Source of the DNA: Psilocybe cubensis
Taxonomy: Eukaryota
Direction of reading: 5' to 3'
NCBI GenBank assembly: GCA_017499595.2
Contig: CM038998.1
Location: forward strand, 4,340,001-4,404,000
Length of the DNA stretch: 64,000 bases
The translations under genes were made by a program, and so were the position numbers. Numbering within the stretch: the stretch's first letter is position 1; each line of letters opens with the position of its first letter. Positions 53,861-64,000 of the stretch are shown here, one piece after another. Under the pieces are notes generated by a model. That model was not told where the DNA came from. It saw only the letters and a list, made by a program, of their open reading frames with translations, and did no database searches.

Positions 53861-55054
53861 AAAATCCCTTCATCGTGAAGTAATTTCTTGCCGGTACCCC
53901 TTTTCTCTTCTTTGAACTTCGGCATTGTATCTGATGCCGCGTTGGACGTCCTAAAAATAAACTTCGATCAATTGTCCTGTAGGATCGGTTATCAGAAACT
54001 TCAGTAGATACATACTAGAGGTAGAGATAACACATATCGTTGGCTGTGAACTCAAGTTCCTTACGATAGGGTCAAAAATTCTTACACTGACAGCCAAACA
54101 TTCATGCCAAATTTGCTGACACCCAAGGTTGACTTGAAATTCCAACTTGGACTCCCTGAATCCACCCTTACGACGCCATCGATAGAAGATTGTACCCGGA
54201 AGACGGATAATCAACCGTAGTCTGCTGAGTATTTTATCGCTCTATTTCTAGGCCTATGATCACTGATTATGGGCATGACGTATTTCCCTGCGGTAGGGAC
54301 ATGCTATCTGTTCTAGAAGTCCTGCTCATCCGGGCCTCGGTGCTTGAATGCCAAGCCTTTGCAATCGGTATATGAATGGGTGAATAGTCTAAACTACGTT
54401 GATGACCAGTGATTACTATCCCAGCAGGAAGTTTACTGTACCTAATCAGGGAGAAATGAATGAGGTATTAATTGATCCGGGATCACCTTTGACGCCCCGT
54501 CTTGGCGCTGGTTGACGACCTTGCGAGAGGAACAGGTAACTGCATAATCAGGCGATGACTGGCGACATCGAATATAGCCTCTAAATCTGCATTTAAAGGT
54601 CTTTCTACTATGGATCAATAGAGAAAACAGTCATTCCCAGGTGTCTTGATTATCCAAATCCAACCACCTTACTTCATCCACCTTCGGGTCAACAACTTAC
54701 GAGGCATGTTATTCCAACTGTTTAATTTTGAATGCGTCACATAACTGTCCAGCTCTGCCAAGCAATGATAACATCTCATAATAGAAGGGTAAGCCAAATT
54801 CCCTCAGGCCAAAATCCCGCTGCGATGTTTTTGCCAGTGGGCATGCTCAATTTATATCCCACTGACATCAGTAACAGTTACCAGATCTCCCATCGCACAA
54901 AAGGCGACATATACAACCCTTGTCTTCTGGATTGACGCGCCGGACTGTGAGTTGCTATTACTAACTGGTTGTGAACTAGTTCTATAAAGGTCATTGAGGG
55001 CATAATCTCTTTCCCATCCCTCATCCTTCCCTTCCTAGACCCAAATTACTTCCC

Positions 55055-57339
55055 ATGGCTGTTAGAAGAAATGGACTCGCTTTGGGCGTGCTGCTCATTA
55101 GAGCCTCTATCGCCACCCCGTATTTGCGCCCACTGTCGAACACCACCTCTATTATCACTATGGGAAACGGCGGCACTGAGAGAGGTTCTCGCGAATTTTG
55201 GTACCATCTAGCAATCAGTGTCGTACTTGTCCTTGCTGGAGGAGTTTTTGCGGGGTACGCGGGTTTAGTTCTTGTCACCGCTGATGATTTTCATAACCCC
55301 GCCTTCGTATAGATTGACCCTGGGGTTGATGGGCCTAGATGAACTCCATTTGCGTGTGCTGGCCACATCTTCTGAGAATTTGACGGAGAAACGGAATGCA
55401 CAGAAAGGTGCGCTGAACAGTTATTTGACATGGAAGATATCAAGACATGAAGGATACATAGTACTCAATCTTCTACGGAGGGGTCGTCACTGGGTTCTTG
55501 TTGTGCGTTCGATGCAAATCCATGCATTATTCAACATTCTGATGATTTATACCGACAGGTTCTTCTGTTATCAAACGTGGTATGATGCTAAAATTGTTGT
55601 AATTTAGATAGATCTGTACTGACCACTGTGGCTAGATTGTCAACGAAAGTTTGCCCATTTTCTTGGATAATGCTGTCAGTAATTCGCTATCAATCCACTT
55701 ACTTGAAATCGTACCTAAAACACATCCCAGATTGGAGGCGGAGTAGCAGCCATTGCTATCTCAACCACTGCAATCGGTGAGTTGGCAATGATGTATATGG
55801 GTCGTCTTCGCTAATTCTCCGACCGAATCAGTTATTTTTGGGTGAGCTCGTTCTTCGAATAACGCTATAGTATTTATTTACAGGTGGTTTGGTTTTACAG
55901 AGAGTCAGTATTGAAATTTGAAACGTCAAGGCATTTGTTGCTGACGATTGATTATGAATGTAATACTTTACAGGGTAATCCCACAAGCCGTCAGTGTCAG
56001 GTACGGGTTGTATGTTGGCGCAACCTGTGCACCTCTGGTGCTGGTCATGATGTTTATCTTTGGTAAAGCTAGATTCAGAAACCCTAGTGGAATTCTATTG
56101 CTGATATCGTCTAGCTCCCATTGCGTATCCCATTGCCAAGCTTCTAGACCTCGTCCTGGGGGCGGATAAGCACCAGCTTTACAAGAAGGCAGAGCTCAAA
56201 TCGTTCCTCCAGTTCCATCGTGCGGGGGAAGAGCCACTACGGGATGACGAACTAGCGATTCTGAATGGCGTCCTGGAACTTAACACTAAGAATATAGAGT
56301 CAATTATGACACCCCTTCGTGTACGTATCGAATTCTGGCCTTCTGGACGCTTTTTTAGGGTCTAATTGGTGTACATAGGACGTTGTCATTTTGAGCACGG
56401 ATGATATTCTAGATGAAACAGCTGTCGCAGCCATGTAAGTCATGGCGACCATTCTTGAATAGGCTTATTGAACTACCATTTTTGCTAATTTATCTGTACT
56501 CCTTCTTAGGCTACAGAGTGGCTACTCGCGATTTCCCGTTCACGAAGCAGGAAACCCAACGTCCTTCGTCGGTCTTTTATTGATAAAAAAGGTAGACATA
56601 AAACAATTTTGAGATTGTTCACCCCAACTGATTTTCAATGATTTAGCTTCTCACGTATGATGCAAAGAAAGCTCTTCCTGTTTCTTCGTTCGCCCTGTCT
56701 ATTCTTCCAGAAGCTCATCCGACGTTGAATTGCTTCCAAGCCTTGGACTATTTGTGGGTTTTCCTCGGTAATTGATGCTTTGTGCGTTATTATGAACACT
56801 ACAACTTGAAGCCAAACCGGACGGGCACATCTTTTGCTTGTCAGCAGAACACCTGGAAAGGCTGGTGGGGCCATGGGTGTGATAACTCTCGAAGGTCAGT
56901 GTACAAGTAGACGAACATGGCATTTTGCGCTAATCGTGCTCCATTTGTAGACATCATTGAAGTTCGTTTCCTGGTGTTGGTATTCTACATCTATTAATTT
57001 GATTATTACAGGAAATCATCTCTGAAGAAATTGTCGACGAAACTGATCAATACCAAAGCAACCTTACCAGAGACAAGGCGAGACGCTCTACAACGTCAAC
57101 CATCATGCAAGGGTACTTGTAAATTCCGTAAATTCTGCAGAGATTGCACTAATTCTCTTAATTAAAGCATCGTCGAGCGCCGAAGTCCGTCAAATTGGCC
57201 GTACGAGATGTTCAATGAGAGTACAGCTTTATTAGGGCTGAATAGCCGTTGCGCTTCTCTTGATCAAGGGCAGCAGAGGATATATACGGGTCGTTACTCA
57301 CAGGAAGGGACGTTTCCTAGAAGTGTCTCCCACCATTGA
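55055..57339 (+). CDS. CNNM/Mam3-type DUF21-CBS metal transporter, tandem copy 1, highly multi-exon
   Basis: [76 protein letters not shown]. Confidence 0.9.
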
Positions 57340-57702
57340 TAGCTCCCCATTGCAATTGCCCACATCCTTATACCAAGAAAGCGACTTTTGTGTCTCGAAG
57401 TTCATGTAAATATCATTAAAGCATTTATATAACAAGGGAAATTCTTGTAATATATTATGCTTAAAGCAACTTATCCCTATACACATGCAATTCTTTTATC
57501 TTATCTGGTAGCACACGCATAGGAATTCAATATTTCATGTTCGCTTTAACTAAAGGCCCCTATTATTAGCCCCTATTCGCATTCGAGCTGATCTTGGCGC
57601 TTACGACGTCAGTGATTACGTAAGGACCAAGGGTTCTAGTTGTCGACGCTCGTCGCTGCCGCCGTCGCCAACGCTCTCATCACATTACCACTACCATCGT
57701 CG

Positions 57703-59799
57703 ATGAGGCTAAGGATACCTACTTTAGTCTTCTTATTGCGTTCCGCAGCCGCATTTCCGTTCTTCCGCACCACACATATACCCGGGGAAGATGAGCCCGC
57801 CGAACCTGGATCTTCCGAGTTCTGGACAAAGGTTTTCGTCAGCATAGGGCTCGTATTGGCGGGCGGTGTATTTGCTGGGCAAGTGGAGACGTGTATATCT
57901 CTTTAAGTGACTAATACGTGACGCGTAGATTGACTTTGGGACTGATGGGGCTCGATGACTTGCACCTGCGCGTACTTGCAACATCCTCGGAAGACTTGAA
58001 GGAAAAGAGAAACGCCCAGAAAGGTGAACGTCGGAACGAGGACTTCTGGATGGTTTATTGATGTATGTCTCTATCAAAGTTTTGAAATTGATGCAAAAAG
58101 GGCGGCACTGGGTTCTTGTGGTACGTCTCTTGACTGTTGAATACGTCTCGCCCTAAACTAACTCGCTGCTGTAGGTACTGTTGTTAGGAAATGTGGTAAG
58201 TAAAACACATGTCAGACCGAATGAAGCTATTTGATTTTTTCTAGATCATCAACGAAAGTTTGCCAATCTTTTTGGATAGCGCCGTACGTGTGTTTCACAG
58301 ACTGGTGGTTGGGTCTCATGAGCAATTCTAGTTGGGTGGAGGAGTCGCGGCTATTGTTATTTCTACCGCTGCTATCGGTGCGTTCGTCATTTTGACCGAG
58401 ATGGTGATTCTAATGCGCTTCTTACAGTTGTTTTCGGGTGAGCGTCTACGTTTTTATTGCCATTCCAACATTTAACGGCCTTAATCCCGTATTTAGCGAG
58501 TGAGCACCTCTTTCTTTTCTTCATCGCGTTTCGTCTATAATGCGAATATTAGAATCATTCCCCAAGCTGTGAGCGTGAGGTACGGATTGGCCGTCGGTGC
58601 GACGTGTGCCCCTTTGGTGCTCTCGATGATGTACATCTTCGGTACGAATCTATCCACGGTGCGATTTCATGGGGCTAACAAACTATCGGTCTAGCTCCCA
58701 TCGCTTGGCCCATAGCTAAACTTCTCGACTATGTGCTTGGTGCTGGAGAGCATCACACGTACAAGAAAGCTGAATTGAAGTCCTTCCTGCAGTTCCACCG
58801 GACCGGTGAAGAGCCGCTTCGTGATGATGAAATTGCCATCCTGAACGGCGTTTTAGAGTTGAACACTAAGAACGTTGAGACTATTATGACCCCTCTCAAG
58901 GTATATTACTTTACTTTTGCCTTGTATTAACTGTTCGAATGACCCGTCGTACCAGGATACCGTCATACTGAGTGCGGATACGATCTTGGATCATAAAGCC
59001 GTCGATGCAATGTACGTGCAGTGTGTATTATTTCGGTGTCGCCTGACTGAAGTCGATGAAAAGCATGTTGAGCGGCTATTCGCGGTTCCCCGTCCACGAA
59101 CCCGGAAATCCGCTCTCCTTCGTTGGTCTTCTGCTCATTAAGAAGGTAGGTGTGATCCAAACGAAAAGACTTGGCGATAACGCTTCTTTCCTAGCTCCTT
59201 ACCTACGATCCCAGCAAAGCTCTTCCTGTCTCTGCTTTTCCATTGGGAATCCTGCCTGAGGCCCATCCATCCATTAACTGCTTCCAGGCTTTGGACTACT
59301 TGTATGAATAACTTTACTCCCACTCAAAATCTGTCCTAAATTCAACCAAATAGCCAAACAGGTAGGGCGCATTTGCTTTTGATCAGCCGTACGCCTGGTG
59401 TTGCTGGAGGTGCGATCGGTGTCATCACACTCGAAGACGTCATCGAGGTATGGATGCTAAATATATCTTATCCTCTCTCTGACAGCTACCTCCGACAGGA
59501 AATTATCTCGGAGGAGATTGTGGACGAGACAGATAGGTATGAAGACAACCAAAGTAAAAGACGCGCTAAACGGGCCACGACGGCTGCTGTCATGCGAGGG
59601 TTAGTCGGGATGTAATATTTGTCTTCGTCATTTGACCTGTTTTTTGCGTAGCATCGTGGAACGCCAGAGACGCGCCACACAAGACTCAGAAAGGACGCCA
59701 CTATTGGTCGACACGTCAATACCGAACGCTTCACAAGAAGGAAATACTTTATACGGGACTACGAACGGAGTAGTCAGCGAGTCACCGAAAGATTCGTAA
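57703..59799 (+). CDS. CNNM/Mam3-type DUF21-CBS metal transporter, tandem copy 2, highly multi-exon
   Basis: Same motifs as copy 1; stop TAA at 59797-59799. Confidence 0.9.
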
Positions 59800-60810
59800 G
59801 ACTTTCGAGTAGATATGTGGCTTTCAACATATCGCAGATCATTATCTATTGTGGTCCGCGGTCTACTATTTTTAATCATTTATATGCTAGTTTTGTCATG
59901 TGTTGGGTCTGTTTTTTTTTGGTGGCGGCATTTGTTACAGAGAGCAGCTCGGGCGTAAGGGGACGCATGGTGAACTGGCCTTCACATTTACTGTTCTAGC
60001 ACTGAAGAGATCATTAGGTGGATTCCAAAGAACCTTCTATCAGCATCTACCCCTACCGCTTCGCAGCACTTAATGTCTTTTACTTTTTCCGCGTCCAGTG
60101 TCAGATGGCTCAGCATAGGAAGTCACATTACAAAAACGAGCCAAAATCCTGGAGCGGGGTCTTGCCTTACAAGATCCGTTAACGAACCATTTGACTGGAC
60201 GCAAATCGATAACAGGTGCTTTTTCAAAACTGTGAAGTTCTTTTGGAAATTCCGGTCTATTTTTGGCACTAACGCCCACACATTGCGGAGTTTTAAAACG
60301 ACTTGTGGCTCATAATCGAAAGTTTTTTGATTATGTTTTCTAAACAAAAAGATCCACAAATACAGGTTGACATCAGGTTGAAATCACTTTCAAAAATTTC
60401 ATGAGCAAAATTGTACATTGGCTGTTTGCGCTTCGCCATGCTCCAAGTCTCCCAACAGGTACACACTGCAAAACGCCGGAAATCGCCCATGTGCTTCCAT
60501 GTGTGTGAATCCTCAAACGATTGTGTCTATGGTTTCAAGTGACTCATACCACCCTATTGACTGTTCTAATCTTGTAATCTTCAGAGATGACCGTTTTAAG
60601 AGCGTAAAATACAGAGCCTGCTCTCTGGGTACTGATCCTTATCTTATTGTGTACGAGGGTAATGTGTTGGGGTATAAAACTTCGATAATGCATCTGTACT
60701 TCAACTCAAGCTTCCTCCTTACTCGCCAGAACTTGAACGCTGAAGGAGTAACCCTCTGGTGCCTTTCCCACACCCTTATACAGAGAACTCTCGCCGAAAG
60801 CTTGTATACC

Positions 60811-61266
60811 ATGGAAACATATCATAAACTCATTATATCGACTTACCATCGCGGATGGGACGATGCGGGTAACACCAAGCCGTACCACTGGGCTTTGTTC
60901 GTACACGCTCCTAGCTATGATAACAACCAGTATAGAGCCAACTCTGGAATTGTTCATCAAATTACAGGGTATCCTGGTGCATACGAATATCCAGGACCAC
61001 ACACGATTTCCGACTTACATGGGTCGGGATCAAGGATGCAAGACCTTTACATCGGAGAGATTGGGAACACCAAGCTAGATCGCATCACAGAGATATGTCG
61101 ATCTGTGCCAATTCCTGATGCCACTAAAGATTCTACAAAGCAGTTTTGGAATTGCCAGAGCTGGACTGCAGCAGTCGTACGGGAGTTGAACAAAGAGGGG
61201 TTTATATATTCACAAATCGGCGATACAGATGCATATTTGTGGGGACATCTTGCAGAAACTCGATAA
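60811..61266 (+). CDS. Small hypothetical protein, DUF6540-like (HW...H...NCQxW)
   Basis: YHWALFV, IVHQITG, WNCQSW motifs; ATG at 60811; intronless. Confidence 0.6.
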   Translation: METYHKLIISTYHRGWDDAGNTKPYHWALFVHAPSYDNNQYRANSGIVHQITGYPGAYEYPGPHTISDLHGSGSRMQDLYIGEIGNTKLDRITEICRSVPIPDATKDSTKQFWNCQSWTAAVVRELNKEGFIYSQIGDTDAYLWGHLAETR

Positions 61267-61428
61267 ATAAGTATTTCAATGCATGTAACAGAGACCTAGT
61301 CGACTTTATGATTGTTGTGATTATCCGTGCTGTAACCAATGGTTTCAATGATAGAGATTATAAGTACAGCGACGTCTCCTATGATCGATTGGAAGTCAAC
61401 TTGCGAAGTTCCGTGGTGTTACAGCTAT

Positions 61429-62268
61429 TCAAAACACCTGCAGCTCAGAATCGAGGGAAAATTCATCCTTCCATGGTGCCATAATGGTCTTTACCAGGTC
61501 TACCCACCATTTCTTCCCCGGTCGACTCCCATACATTGCTTTGCGGTATTCCCAATACTCTGGCCACCAGCCTGCCATTGACCAGTCAAGGATGGCAGTG
61601 ACCTTCCCGGTGTTTTGGTCCACAAGGATGTTTTCGAATGACAGGTCTGCGTGCGAGTAGACAATGTCGTGATTGTAGCTCAGAACCCTCGCAAATTTTT
61701 GCTTAAGCTCTTCAGCTTTTCGATACTGCTCCAAGCATTCCAACAAATACGAGTGAAACTCCTTTCCAGAATTCCAAGGACCTCTGGGACCCATCATAGA
61801 GATTCGTGGGCAGTAGACGGATCGCCTATTTGTTGAACCCACCCACCCATGTGGGGCCGGTTGTTGAAGTCCTCTGAGCTCCTGCATGTAAGCCTTGAGC
61901 TCATTGACGGTGCGAGATCGTGAGCTGTCCGTCATGTTTGGCCAGGCCTCGTCCAGCTGCACTCCTCTGCACATAGATATGCGAATAAACCCATAAGACG
62001 CATCCTTGAGTTCCCAAACATCCAGGAGAGTTGGGATAGGGATAGATGTATGTTTTCGAACAAAAATCATGGCCTCGGCTTCTTGGGTAGCGACGGTCGA
62101 ACCCTTGAGAACAGTCCATGGGTCAAGCTTTGTGACTGAACGTTTGAAATCAGGATTTCGATACAGAATACGAGCTATTCGTAGACGTAGTGGGACTAGT
62201 AGGCGACCCAACCTGCGCCATACAAACTTGATCAAGTAAAAGAGGAACATGGGAGATTTCGTTAACAT
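61429..62268 (-). CDS. Aminoglycoside phosphotransferase (APH)/choline kinase-like protein
   Basis: EAEAMIFVRKHTSIPIP, HADLSFENILVD, ILDWSMAGWWPEYWEY; intronless 279-aa ORF. Confidence 0.88.
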   Translation of the reverse strand: MLTKSPMFLFYLIKFVWRRLGRLLVPLRLRIARILYRNPDFKRSVTKLDPWTVLKGSTVATQEAEAMIFVRKHTSIPIPTLLDVWELKDASYGFIRISMCRGVQLDEAWPNMTDSSRSRTVNELKAYMQELRGLQQPAPHGWVGSTNRRSVYCPRISMMGPRGPWNSGKEFHSYLLECLEQYRKAEELKQKFARVLSYNHDIVYSHADLSFENILVDQNTGKVTAILDWSMAGWWPEYWEYRKAMYGSRPGKKWWVDLVKTIMAPWKDEFSLDSELQVF

Positions 62269-64000
62269 GACAGCAAATCAAAACCTTAACACCTACTTGC
62301 CATTTAATAAACAAACCCTGCGTGAGAAAAGTCAATCGTCTTTTGCGCTGTCACGTTCTCGGATTAATCTGGCGCAAATTCAAGGTTTGGCGCTGTGTTG
62401 CCACCATGGACGGCCTATACAGCTTGATACCTTTGATCCCTTGACTCAGATTGACTGACATTTGTTCTCAATGGTTCTGCCTTCAAGTTTCAGCTACCAG
62501 TACAACCGGATCGCATCTGCTATCAATTATTATGTTTTGCCATCATATCTAAACTTTGGAATATGCACACTGTTTCCTCATCGAGTTTCATAAGATCGAC
62601 TTTGAAATAGATTTTGTTGGTTCAGATGTCATTCCACACTTTGCCACTTGGTTTGAATGACGGGACGGTACCAGCCATCAGGCAATTTGCGTCGTAACAG
62701 CGCAAAAGGCCTTTGGAGTAGAGAAGAAGAAGCACCATTTGAACCTTCGCTTCGAGGTATGACAGCAAAATCATTATCAGTGTTTGTTGCGATCGTCCGA
62801 AGGGTTTTGACGGTCGAGATTACGAACAATAGTCTATTAGGTGTAATGCATTAAAATACAATTTGCATCAGTGGTTCATGACTATAACTTGCCTCTAGTG
62901 CATAGAGATGAGAATCAAAAGACTCGGGCGATAATTGTCGCACTGATTCAACGAGTTTGTAGAGATATTCCTGATTGCTTGTCAGCATCGCATGGCAGGA
63001 CAAGCGCTCAACGATTTGACATGCCTTGTTGGGTCCGGATGGACCTACAGATTTCCAAATTCGGTATCCGAGAGCGTCTAGAGGTTCAGAACCAACTGGA
63101 CACAAGGGTGAGCAACTCGATTTCGGATCGAGTAATCATAAACTTACTAAAAGAAGGGTTGTCGTTACGACCGACGTAGCACTGTCCAAAATACGATTAA
63201 ATGGCACGATGAGTTCAAGGAAGATGCAGATTCAAAAGGTCGCCAACTCACATAAGCCTAACCATACGTATGTTAGCCTAATTTTCTTGCGAGAGTGAGA
63301 GCTAGAACTAACGTCATGAATAATTACGGTCTCTGTACCGTTCGAATCGACGCCATATATATCTAGGGTCTCCATGGTATATCCATCCTGAAGGATAGAG
63401 GGTGTCTAGCCTATGTAACATAATGTAGACATTGAAATACCTTTTCCCTGTAATCTGTAACACAAATACAGATCATGGTGTTATCGGGATATCATAGGAA
63501 TACGTACCCAAATAGTCTCGAACCTCAGCTTCGTAAGCTGGGTCAATGGTATATGCAATTCCTTCAAGAAAAAAATAAGTGTCAACGTTTTAGAGGTTCC
63601 TCATTGGGTTACCAACCCCACACAATGTCGTCGTCTGGGAAAGCGTCCTGAGGGTGTAAAGTCGTTGAGTTATATATTGGGGTTGTTATTAAGTCAGTTG
63701 CCTACGGAACCCGAAAATTTGTCCCAGTCTTCCTTATGGATGAGGGTGACGACTCTTCCTGGACTCTGTAGTCAACATATGAGCCAACGAAAGTTCATTC
63801 ATTTTCGAAGGAAGAAAGTGGACCTCTGGCGTCCCTCGATGGTCATGGGACTTCTGTGCGAAGCGGCGAACATATCCTTTCAGATATCCTGGTGCTAGCA
63901 CATAGTTAAGTCATTTTCTCATGTTTTCGTATTCCTGATAGGTACTTCGTGATATAGTGTGTGGAGGGGGCTATACACTCGAACATCTGTTATCACTGAT

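Noticed and set aside
62600-64000. Possible minus-strand gene fragment at the window end
   Set aside because: No reliable exon chain or motif could be assembled
1-64000. CRISPR arrays, rRNA, tRNA, LTR retrotransposon pol
   Set aside because: None recognised; the repeats found are inverted TIRs or short tandem duplications, not repeat-spacer arrays

Overview
Intron-rich eukaryotic DNA, most consistent with a mushroom-forming basidiomycete (Agaricomycete): short ~50-60 nt GT-AG introns and family content point that way. About 20 protein-coding genes can be supported. The most notable locus is a divergent gene pair at 4.5-11.4 kb. One gene is an NRPS-like quinone-synthetase-type enzyme (A-T-TE) fused in-frame to a C-terminal 2OG-Fe(II) dioxygenase with an intact HxD...H triad; the other is an O-methyltransferase. 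A hemerythrin-like gene follows, and the segment is bracketed by two paralogous 7TM-like membrane genes. Other genes: a kinase-less PH-CRIB-PH-CRIB protein, Chs7, an S10 carboxypeptidase, Met2, an SDR, BCKDH E2, a gene with Gag-capsid-like repeats plus an IFI27-like domain, tandem CNNM/Mam3 paralogs whose conserved Glu depends on a 3-nt micro-exon, and an APH-like kinase. Five non-autonomous terminal-inverted-repeat elements are present, including a nested pair with a ~970-bp near-perfect fold-back. No rRNA, tRNA or CRISPR features were recognised. All family calls come from motif recognition by eye; no database searches were run.
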